Assembly: GCA_025786725.1 (NCBI GenBank)
Contig: JAHLTZ010000013.1
Location: 434,001 to 498,000, forward strand
Source: Syncephalis fuscata S228
Taxonomy: Eukaryota; Fungi; Zoopagomycota
DNA: 64,000 bases
Direction of reading: 5' to 3'
Below are positions 49,220-64,000 of this stretch, in pieces. Within the stretch, counting starts at the first letter, position 1. Each line of letters begins with the position of its first letter. Both the position numbers and the translations under genes were made by a program. The notes beneath the pieces are model-generated. The model saw only the letters and a program-made list of their open reading frames with translations. It was not told where the DNA came from and searched no databases.

Positions 49220-52200
49220 CTACATGTCGTCATCGTCATCTACATCCATGGCTGCCACATTAGCACCATTGACGGCATTCTTCATACGGGCTAGTCGTTC
49301 ACGTAGATCGGCCATAGTTTGAGCACGTTCCGTATCTGCAGCAGCAGCTGTCGATGATGACTGTGATTGACCTGCATCCTTAATTTGCTAACCAATCAAT
49401 CAATCAATCAACTATTAATAATTACTAATAGCTACTTACTTGGTAATCAAATCCGATGGGCACTGATGCTCGTTTAGTAGCATCTAATGCAGCATGGGAA
49501 GGTGTTCTACTAGGAAAGATCATCGATCCAGGACGAGAGGAGGCCGGTGAAGACTATTAACACAAATACTAATTAGTTTAGTGGCTATTAGACGTATTAA
49601 ATACGTACATCTTGGCTTTGATAACCAAACATTTGTTGCAATCGCTGTAATCGCTGTCTATAAGCATCACTCTCTCCTATTATAATAAATAATAAATAAA
49701 TAAATAAATAAAATCTATTATTAATTACTTACCACCCATAGTAGAACTGCTCATATCTGATGATGTATCAGAAATGGTCGATATACGTCTAGTTACACTA
49801 TTTGATCTGGATGGCGATATAGGCGGTGTACTGCCACTTGGGCTGGTGAGCGATTCGCCTCGGTCGGCAGCAATATTGGCCAAGGTGCGACGAATATAGC
49901 TCTGGAATGTACCGGCCTTCTTTAAAAACGTTTCAATAGCTTCACCTTCATTAGGATGGTCCCTCTGGAACTCATACAACTCCATAATTCCCTAACCAAC
50001 ATTATCGTTATAAATACACACGTATATATACCTACACACAGTACTATATAACTTACTTGTTTGGTACGTTCACTTGTACTGATCTTCATAAATATTTGTG
50101 AAAGAGTGGCGTGGATCGGATCTGTTGGTGATTTGAGTGATGGTGATTCCCTATTCGCAGTAGAGCTGTATCCATTACTGCCGCCATATCGATCGGAACG
50201 GTCGCCAGACGGTGAGCTAGACGAACCAGCAGTGCTAGGTGGCCGGTCATCGCTTCTATCCTCTGCTGCCATCGCTCGTCGTGTACCGGTGGTTGATCCG
50301 TCATCACTACCATTCTCCGGTATCGATGCCACTCTTGAACCGGGTCGTGAACCGCCATCTTCAATGACAGGTGCCCGTTTACGCGTTGGATCAATGATGT
50401 GACTCAAATAGCTATACAAATAGCTTTTCTCCACATCCGGAATAAGTGTGAGTTGTGACAATACTTGATCGCCCCAGGCTGCCTTCACTTCATGTAGAAT
50501 GGTTTTAATCGTCTTTTGCGGCATATCACCCAATGGTACACGTTCAGCCACTCGACGTTTCCATTCAGCTGGTGGTAATGCTACGTAGAATTTATGCACA
50601 TTAAATAGCAGTACTGGTGTATCCAGTTCCTGCTGTTTAATACTATCTTGAAGTGTTTTGGTCAGTTTCCAAATACACTTCATAACTAATTCGGCAAACT
50701 TTGTTTGGAATTCTATTTGTGCCTTATCCGTGGTACGTAACATGACCGAACTCGATTGCAGCACCGATAACAACGCACTACAAATCAATCCAGTTAACCA
50801 CTATTATATAATTAAATATCTATTTCTTACCTAAATGCTACATCACGTCGTGTATTATCAAGTATACGAATCATAAGAATGTTAAGGGCCCGCGTTAGCT
50901 GTGCACCCGTCTCCCATTGTTGTAAGCTTTGGTCAAGTAGTCGACGTAGTAACTCTTTAAGTAACTGATGCAAGTAGTCTTCAGTCACTTCCGTGGCAAT
51001 TTCCCGTTTGGAAAATAGCTGCACTAAACAATTCATTAAATGTTTGCACAGTTTAACAAATGTTTGTGACTCCGTGTCGAGTGATGTAAATGAAATATCT
51101 ATTTGAAGTGTAATCGCCTTTACCAGTTCATTAACAAACGGTATGATCTTTGATATATCTTCAGCCAGGTATACTTCAAGCTGTTTAAGACCATGAATAC
51201 TACGATGTGAATCGCCACTGTTAATCTCATCCTTTAATAGACGTGGTTCAATCGCACGTCGTTCAGGACGGACTGGTTTCTGAACCGGCATTTGAGGTGT
51301 AGGTGGCATATCAGCCGGTATTTGATGATCTGTTTCCATAGGGACATCGTTATCCGCGTCATCCGATGCTTGTGGCAAATTTAGCTTATTAAGCTGTAGA
51401 CCAAATTGCCGTGGTGGCGTCATAGCACTATTGTTGCCACCCGCACTTGCACCAAATTGTGGACGGCGCAGTGACGAACCACCCAGTTCACGTGGCTGTA
51501 ATCGTGATGGTATTTGACGTGGTCGTTGTAATTGCTGTGACTGTTGTTGTGCCGGTGGTTCAGTATCAATATCCATATCCATTTCATGATCTGGTTCTGG
51601 CGTAACGGCGGTGGGTGGTCGTGGTCGATTTCGGTATAATAATGACCCACCACCGGGTGCCGGTATACCCGATCCACCACCACCACCGGGCACAGGAATG
51701 CTTGATCCACCACCACTACCGGGTGCCGGTATACCCGATGTGGGTGCTTTCAAACGAGCCTTTTGGAATGAAAATATAGGTGCAGGTTCTTCTTCTTCCG
51801 GTCCAGCATCTGGTTCTTCATCAAAACCCGGTGGTTTATTACGACGGAATCGCTCCTCCAACATATCTTTGTCCTTTTCAGATATACGGCCTAGATATTT
51901 ATGCACTGCACTGCCCACCAATAAATAGGCTTGGAGAATAGCATTCATAGCACCATTTCGCACTGCTGGATCACGATCGCCTATATGCGCAGCAATGGTC
52001 GGCAATGCCTTTTGCGGTGTGCATACAGTTAAATTGTTACGCTGTATTAACAGGCCTAATTCCTCCAGCGACTCGGCACGGGTACGGGCATTTTTTGACT
52101 TTAATCCATGATCCATTATAGTGGCAAATATACGACTGGCTGGACATATGCGGGTCATTTGCTTTAAACTAGCCCGAACACGTACACGAATTGTATCATT

Positions 52201-55200
52201 CTTTTCACCCAGCTATAGCACAACTAACATGAATACTAGTACCAACATAAATATACAATCTACCTACCTTGTTGACAAAATGCGGCAAGAAGGCATTGGC
52301 TTCATATTCGGTCATTCTATAGCCGGCTTCATCAAGCATAGTGAATAAATGCTCAATAAGATCCATACAGCGTAGTTGCATTGTAGTACCGTTATCATAG
52401 AGTCGAATCGATAAGTACTTTAGAATTAGATCCGCATTAGCCATAATACGTTGATTCATCTCTTCACTAGATATACCAAAGCTGGTCTCTGCATCAGTTA
52501 CTAGACAATCATCAAGTATGGATATAGCATTTAGCCAGTCTTTATCCTTGCTATGGGATGCACTAAAGCATAGACTATGTATATTTGATGAGAAGTGTGG
52601 CTGCATTTGATCCGATAGTAGCTGTATTATATCTTTACGCGGTGTATCAAATATCCATTTAGCCGTGGTACGATCTTTATCCGCTCGTATATCTTTGGAT
52701 CTGTTATCAGAGGTAAGTATAGGTGCATCACCACCACCGCCACCATCAGCTGATGACGATGATGCAGCTGCAGCACTACTAGATGATCCAGGTGCCGGTA
52801 TACCGCTACGTGGTCCGCCAATGCCACTACTGCCTGGTGCTACAAGTTTACGTTTAAGCGCCAATTTGGATTTAAGATTAGATGGACGGGCCAGTCCTTT
52901 GGGTGGTGAACCGGGTCGAGCAGGTCCTGGACCAGGTGAGATGGAACGGTCGTTATTGCTACTATTACGACTACTACTACGGCTCATAGAGGTGGCCGTT
53001 GATGGTGGTGCTAGTGCAGAGGCTGGCTTACTAGTAGGAGCACTTGCCGCTGCCTTGCCAGTATCACGACTTCTTAGTCCTTCAACAATAGGTCCAACCG
53101 TCTTGACACCATTGTTCTTTAGACTATTGCATTTACTACGCACTCGGTCAAATCCCACTACCGCAATCAAGTCACCTGTTGTACTTTGTGCCGCTTTACG
53201 TACATCAGCATTTCTATCCATTAGACAGCCAAGTGTAGGTAGGATAATCGGATCAACTTCACTGGCCGATAATCCTTCCGCTTTAGCTACACGTTCTTGT
53301 AGCCATTTCAATAGATCTTTACGCAATGTAGGAGCCTCTGCTTCGAGTGCAGTACCTGCCGGGGGTAGAATAATTGCCAGTGAACATTCATCGGCTAGTT
53401 TGTCAAGTGCACTGGTAACACCGAGTCGTACAGGTGCCTTTGTATCATTAAGATTGGATAGCATCAATGGCAGTAAAGGACGGACCATCTTTTCAAATGG
53501 TTTACCCATGCCTTTAGCCAAAAGGCCTATAATTTCACAAGTAGTAACTACTAAACTCTTATTACTGTCACCTAGACGTCCTTTAAGTGCTGGAATCAAT
53601 TCATTGCCTATCATAACAAGTATAATAATAAGTATAATATACAATATATACAATTAGAGTAATGATTTACCTAGATTTGGTTTAAGGCGAGTATTCGCAG
53701 TGGCTACACCATGAATATGATCGAGTGCTTCTTTACGCACTTTCCAATTAGCATCCATCAATTCCTAAAATAATATGAATACTAACATTATTCCTGTTAT
53801 TAATAACTTACTTTATATAATTTATTTGGTATTTGTGATGTAATATCTATACGGGGGAATAGTTCATCCATAACATCGGCTGAACCACCACCACCACCAC
53901 TGCCACCAGCATCACCACCATCATCCTATCATATCATATCATATCATATTATTAGTAATAGTCAAATCAAATCAACTACTACTTACACCACCACCACCTT
54001 TTGTAGGTTGGGGAGGAGGCAATGCAGCTACTCGTTCAAATTCGGCATCAATATTTGTTAATACTGCTGGACTCACATCCTGTACAAATGTACGAATATC
54101 TAGCATTATACAACATCTATTAGTAGTCACCTATAAATACGTATATAATTGTATATTACCTGGACCGGCAAACATACGAATAACACCGAGGAGAGCAATG
54201 CTATTGGTACGCACTGCAGCATTCGTGCTACTTAATAATGATTTGGCAAATTCAATTAAATCACGAATAGCCAATCCACGAATACCAAAATCACTTAAAG
54301 TAGTCTGCATCCATAAAAGTGCATCAGATTGAGCCTTGGGTGCTTTCTGACTCTTAATCGAATCATAGACTAAATAGTAAATACATTAATATAAATACAC
54401 TGATTATAATAATGGCTTTACCTTGCGAGAATACAAATTGTAATGATATCTTTTCTGCAATGGCTGTTAAACTATCACCGGCACTTTTCTTTACTTTGAT
54501 GTCACCCAATTTATCCGTCATACCTATACAAATAGTTAATACAAGCGTAAATACAATACTATAGAGTTATTACCAGAAATACAAAGAGCACCACAGGCTC
54601 GAGTAAAGTTATTACTTTGAGTGGCCAGTAATCCAATAACACCAAATACTTTGGATAATACCTATTGATTGATTCATTACTATGGTTATTATGGTATTAT
54701 GGCTATTATGGCTATATAGCTTACTTGAAAGTTATTGTCTTTCCATCCCGGCTTCTTGGACATCATACGAATAACTAATTCAGGATGAATAGCACTGCAT
54801 CCTGTTCTATAAGCGAATGAACAGATTCCACCGCTATATAATATAATATTAATTAATATTATATTAATTTAGGATTATTTAATGTACATACCAGCTAGAC
54901 GGGTCTTCCAATTAGAATTGGCAATATCGGTAAGAATATTGGCGGGGAATGCTTCTTCAATCATGCCTTGGGCTGTATCTGGATTGAATTTATAGACAAT
55001 GGGTTCATCAGGCTTGGATCCTTTCTTTGGTGCCGGTGGAGGGGCACTTTTAGCAGCAGCCGGTGCAGCTTTCTTAGGCGGACCTGCACCAATCTATTAC
55101 CATATATATATATATTAACCTAATCAATATCCATATTAATACTAACTAATAAATACTTACTTTTGGTTTGGCTGGACCAAGTTTTGGTTTTAGTTTTGGT

Positions 55201-56421
55201 TTTGGTTTTGGTGGTGCAGCTGCACTCGCTGATGATGGTCCACTATCATCAATAGGATCAATGTCCATATCCATAGCCGATGAAGAGGGTGGAGGCTATA
55301 TAAATACATATACATTATTAGTTCATATACATACCCTTTATATATACGTCTAGTTTACCGGTTTTCTGGCTACTGGTTTACTGGGTGCACTGGCTGCTGG
55401 TTTGGCTGGTGCAGGTGCAGGACGGGCCGCTGTGGCTTTGGCTTTAACTTCAGCCTTGTCAAAATATTCGCGCATTTTAGTTTCCTTTACTTTATCCATG
55501 CCATCAATCATTGATAGCATTGCTCGTTCGCCGGCTGCTTTCATCATTGTGCCTAGTGCTTCCAATGCTGCTTCACGTACATCTGCTTGACTATCATCAA
55601 GAGCCACTTTCATAGCATCAGTATACGTCTTCAATTCAGCCTTGCCCGGTGGCTGTTTAATCACTTTAAGACTTCTTATTAACCAGCGACACGTTTCAGC
55701 TCGCACATTCGGGTTCTTATGCTTTGATCCAGTCACCACATCTTCCATAATATCACCAATAGTTATCTATAGATATATAAATCAATATATAGATATATAG
55801 ATATATAAATAACTAGATAGTATAATAACAGATAAATGACTTACAGTAGCAAAGATGGCATCAAGTGCATTCCGAAGTGCATCTAGTGCATTTTGTTTCT
55901 TTTCTTTCAACTTTTCAATCAGGGGTGATATGACTGCACCTTTGTACTGTGCAAATTGTTCACGTAGACCTTTAGCGATGCATTCAATGCATTGAGCAGC
56001 TAGAATGGTAACTAGAATATTGGCATCACCAATACGCTATGAACAGTTAGTATATTGTATATTGGTATTCATGGGAACCTACTTTGGCTAATGCGGCTAA
56101 TAGTTCACTATAGTTGGCTGGGGCTAGTTTTACGGTATTGGCAATGGCATAGAGTGCTTCTAGTGCTTCTTTACGATCCTTCCATTTTGCAGATCCCTAT
56201 GTAACATCATAGCAAGTAGTGAGTATGGATGGATGGATGTACCTAATGTATACTTACCATATGTGTATAGAATTCCTTGTCCATCTTTCCTAGTAAGTCT
56301 ACTGGATCTGCCAAATCATAGGCATCTACTTGTACAAAGGCATCATCGTCACCATCAGCTTCACCGGCACCACCACCACCACCACCTATAACGAGGATAG
56401 ATAGTAAGTATTTACATATAT

Positions 56422-56453
<32 letters not shown>

Positions 56454-57691
56454 TATTTATTAATAGAATTCATTACCTGCTGCATCAGGTTCTGCTTCTG
56501 CTTCTGGTGCTGCTTGTTGAGATCGTAAAAGACGTCCTTGAACAGGTCGTTCTTTAGGTAACTTTTCAAACTGTTCAGTAAGTTCTTTTACTTGAACTGG
56601 CTTCAACTCTTGTAGTTGACCGATAAGGGCATCACCCAACCAACGATACAATTCCACAACCAATAGCGATGCCTACCATATTAATAACATTAATATAAAT
56701 ACGCATCATGTTATTACTATTGTTACTTACTTCAGCCCGGACATTTTTATCAGTATGGGCAAACATTTTGGGTATCACTTTAAGTAATGGCTTTACATTA
56801 AATGTACGTACACCAAATGCTTGTACTATTTCTCTTAAACTTGTTACACACATCGCCACCAATTTAGGTAGTTTATGGCCTAATCCACTAATAATACATT
56901 CAATCACTGGATCTGGTACTTCTATTTCACAATAAAATAGAAATATGTCTACTGCTTTCTTCTTTGTACCGGCTCGTGATGAACCAAGACATTTCTCGAC
57001 AAGAATAGGCAGTACAGCCTCTCGTGTTCTATTTATTAATTATATATTAATATATATGTGTTTTCTTTTATCTACTTATACTTACTGTGTAGCAGTAGGT
57101 GAATTTTCTACAAAGGATGCTAAACAAGCTAGACCACTTTCTTGGGCTATTGCATTACTATCGGCAGCCATCTTTGGCAAATAACTATGATATTTCCTAT
57201 AGGCTGCTTGATCGTCTGGATCACCGATACGGAACTCTTTGACTAGTTCCTCATACGCACTAACACGGGCCTTCCATACCTAGATAATAAACAAATAAAC
57301 AAATAGATAAGTAAATAGGAGTAGAATACATACGGAGAATATCCAATATGTACACACAGTATTGTGTCTATGGTATGCAGTCTGCAGTGCTTATGCATAA
57401 CCATGACCACTATCGGTTGAACAGTTATCAAAGCAACACTACAATGCACAATACCCGTATTTTATCAATGTGGTATTCATGACTGCAGCTATTTTACACC
57501 GCCAAGTAGTATTCGTAATACTTGTATCGTTATAAACAATAGACATACGAACAATAGCCGTATAACTTGTTTATAACAGTTGGTACTGCAGTGACATGTC
57601 ACCTGATGGGTCGTGGTTGTTGTACTCTTACCTTATGTTCGAGTCGATCCATGACGGGAAGCGCCCCGAAATCTTCCTCGGGTGCCGCCAT
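49220..57691 (-). CDS. STU2: XMAP215/Dis1-family TOG-domain microtubule polymerase (Stu2/Alp14/CKAP5), many exons
   Basis: MAAPEEDFGALPVMDRLEHK|VWKARVSAYEEL; KWKDRKEALE; LEKLKEKKQN; KNPNVRAET; NWKVRKEAL; GLKSKNARTRAESLEELG; ELVMKCIWKLTK; C-terminal DLRERLARMK. Confidence 0.93.
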
Positions 57692-58332
57692 TGCATCTAA
57701 AAGATACTCGTTGTTGTCGTTGTTACTGTTGTTATTGCTCTAGTCTTTCTAATCTGTACTAGTCACTGGATGAGATAACTAAAGAGGACTACAATCAAAT
57801 AGAAGAAGAGCAGCTATCAATGTACAACAAGGCTATGAAACAACGATATTGAAATAAAACGAATAAATAGCTAGAATATCGACGCGCACGCACGGTAACA
57901 GTGAAGATGAACACAATAGATCCGGTCGCTTATTCCAATGCAAGAATAGGCGCTAATAGTAAAAAGAAAGGAGTGACCGGTGGATAGTTCGTTGTTGAGT
58001 AAGTGAGTGAGTTAAGTGAATAGAATAATAACAATAATGTTATGGTTACTATTCTGTTTTCAGTGACGTTAATGTTAGTTAATAATAATAATAATAATAA
58101 TATTAATAACGAGAGAATGTTAAAAGGTCAGAAGAAAAAACACAATTTACTACAAATTGTATCCATTTGTACACAAATAAATAATAATAAATTATCAATC
58201 AATTTAATCTATAATGTTAATACTATTGAAAGTTATTACACCACTTTTTTCTTTTGATTCAATCTATTTGACACCACTACAGTTATTGTAGTAGCAGCAG
58301 TAGTAGTAGCAGTAGGTTATTTCTAGTTTATT

Positions 58333-59149
58333 ATGGGGGCCAATTCTTCTAAAGAGGAGCAGACGATGGCATTTATGGCTGAACGCAGTACACCGGTTAT
58401 GGTATGTGGTTAGCGTCTATTCTGTATATCATATTGATGACGCGTAAAGCTTACACCGGATGTGATCGACCAAGTAACGGCCGACCCATCTACTACCACA
58501 ACTAACGATGGCCAAGTAAGTTTGTAGATCAGATTGATAGATTCATTAACGGTAATATACTGTGCTATATGGTATCTGTATTGAATAGAAGAAAGAACAA
58601 GGTGGTGCGATAGTACACGATGCACCATTATCAGAGACGGATGTGGATGCACTGGTTGGTGAACGAGTTAAAGAAGAATTGGCCAAGTTACGCCACACTG
58701 AAGTGAAGAAGCAGTTGATTGAACTAGAGCGTAAAAATCTTCATTCTCAAACCCTACGACGTGATATGACTCACTCGGGGTCGTCAACGCATGTAAGTAG
58801 AAAAAGTAATTCATACATTCATCATAACCTATCTCTACTATATATTTGTAGTATGCAGCAGTTAGAACTACATCCAGAGTTGAAACGTCGTCAAAAAGCC
58901 GTGGATGCTTGTTACAGGTAAGTAGTAATAAAGTGTTAAATATTTATATACAATTAATTAATTATGATTACGTATTAGATATCATAAAGATCAGCCACTG
59001 GATTGTTGGCAAGAAGTACGTGATTTTAAATATGCGGTAGAAAAAGCCGGCGAGGTAATTAATAGATGAATAGATTATGTATTATATAACAGTTATATTA
59101 ATATACTGTTATTAATGGTTAGGAGTTGATTCGACAGCCCATTGCCTAA
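58333..59149 (+). CDS. MIC19: MICOS subunit Mic19 (DUF1690), multi-exon
   Basis: N-terminal MGANSSK (myristoylation-like); coiled-coil VKEELAKLR; C-terminal AVDACY|RYHKDQPLDCWQEVRDFK.AV. Internal exon boundaries around 58430-58640 are uncertain. Confidence 0.75.
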
Positions 59150-59234
59150 TAAATAACCATAGTTTATTAAATGAATAGTATTTACTCGTTTATTTTTAGT
59201 GTTAAATGCTTATTAATGAAATTAAACTATTTAT

Positions 59235-60372
59235 TTACACAGTTGATCGTAATAATCGCATCATGTCAGTTAGTGAAATAACTTGTTCAGGCTGTCCCTT
59301 ATCATTAACTACCCAGACATGATGGGTACGTGACCGTATCATGCCATCGAGTAATTCTCGTAGACTGGCCGTGACTAGACAAGTGACAGGAGTTAATGGC
59401 GCATTGGTAGCCATCTAGGAGTTATATTAGTAGGTGTACTCTTCTATTCTATAGTATAGAGTACTTGCCTTTAAAAAGTCAATGACGGGTCGGTAAAGGA
59501 CCGATAATTGACTAGCGGCTACAAATCCTGCATCAAAGGCTCGTAAATTAGCCACCAACTGTCCATTCCTATTAAATAGTTACATATCAACAAAAGTTCA
59601 TATTTAATTAACTGCTTACTGATCTAATACAGGAACACAGTGTAGATTCTGTCGTTGCATAATAGCAAATGCATCGAGGGCTGTTTGATCTTGATTAACT
59701 GATACCAGTGGCTGTTTATCTTTTAGACAGCCGAGTTGTTCAAGAGAAGCATCTAGGTTTAATCCATGTAGGCATTGGGGATATCGGGCGGCAAATCGAA
59801 CAATGTCGGCTTGCGTTACTAGTGTTGATGGCAGTGCACTTGGATGTTCATCCACCACCATGCCATAATGACCACCAGCCGAGAATGCATCAAGTAACTA
59901 GCATGATTATCGGGTGGGTTATAATGTTATTTTACGATTTGCTACTACTTACTTTAGTTAACGTGTCGTAGCGTTCTGCTTGAATGAGTCGATAGCTTTC
60001 ACGGTCTGGATCGAGGGTCATTACCGCTTCAATACTTTCATTTAACTTTAGGTTGCTCGCTTGTTGTAGCTGTGCCGCATTCAATTCTTTCTCTCTATTT
60101 GCATAGTGTTGTGAGAAGGATATAACATAGTTAAGCAAGTCATATGTATTAACAATATTGACAATGACTCCTGGACGGTCATGACTATAGACAGGCAGAG
60201 CAGTAATATTGTACGTATGGAGTGTTTCCATAGCCGTTCTTACGGTAGTCGACGGGTGGGCGGCCACCAATTCTTTAGGGCCTACCAAATGCTGTTGCCT
60301 ATCTTCAAGCACATCATTGAGTGTAAGCTGTGCCAATGGCGTCGTTGCTGTTTTATCAGCCATGGATGTCAT
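59235..60372 (-). CDS. CBS-domain protein (Sds23/AMPK-gamma-like)
   Basis: TTVRTAMETLHTYNITALPVY..IVNIVNTYDLL; LVTQADIVRF; ALDAFAIMQRQNLHCVPVLD|NGQLVANL; RTHHVWVVNDKGQPE..ISLTDMMRLL. Introns are GT-AG. Confidence 0.8.
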
Positions 60373-60710
60373 AGTTAGAATAGAGTAGAGTAGAGTGAAA
60401 TAGTACGGACAAGAAAGTGACGACAAGAGAAGGAAAGAAATAAAACTTTGCAGTTAGTTGTCATGTAAAGGATAAAACAGTAAATGTAGTATTTGTAGAA
60501 ACATTTGGACAAGTCAAAGTAATAGAAATGTTTTACATTTGATGATTGTATTTAGTATTGATTGTGACGTCATCATTAGTATAATTGTATTCATAAATAT
60601 GGATCATAGTAGAATACGGATCATTTATTTATGTGAAGGGGAATTTAAGTTACTAAATTACTAGTATAGATGCTGTATGGTGTGCTATATTGTAGTATTT
60701 AATACTATTA

Positions 60711-64000
<3,290 letters not shown>

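Noticed and set aside
52665-53657. 330-aa plus-strand ORF and other long antisense ORFs (35535-36077, 50061-50402, 23460-23816)
   Set aside because: Antisense shadows of well-supported genes on the opposite strand.
53925-58105. Microsatellites (ATATC)n ~53925-53950, (CA)n(TA)n ~56420-56452 and (AAT)n ~58080-58105
   Set aside because: Ordinary short intronic or intergenic simple repeats.

Overview
Eukaryotic fungal genomic DNA with short AT-rich GT-AG introns and very AT-rich intergenic DNA. Gene content and style suggest an early-diverging fungus, probably Zoopagomycota such as a Syncephalis-like mycoparasite (inference only). Recognisable genes: two tandem DUF4436-like membrane protein genes, an M36 fungalysin, glycerol-3-phosphate acyltransferase (Sct1/Gpt2 type), STN1, a CAMK-like kinase plus an inverted deleted copy, transketolase, TRS120/TRAPPC9, an orphan double-zinc-finger gene, a signal-peptide-bearing kinase, tRNA-Arg(ACG), XMAP215/Stu2, MIC19, a CBS-domain protein and the 3' part of an ABCC/MRP transporter. 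Many genes carry single-base deletions in short homopolymers, most likely unpolished long-read errors. The most striking structure is a ~6.7 kb near-perfect palindrome (36802-43505). Its centre is a head-to-head higher-order repeat (378 bp + n x 30 bp, n = 6, 8, 4 | 10, 7). Its outer ends belong to a dispersed family (GGTCAAATGAC 'head' plus ~165-bp degenerate satellite tail) that recurs in inverted pairs across the window and sits next to other inverted duplications. This is a candidate Foldback-like element, centromere or telomere-fusion site, next to an orphan zinc-finger gene.
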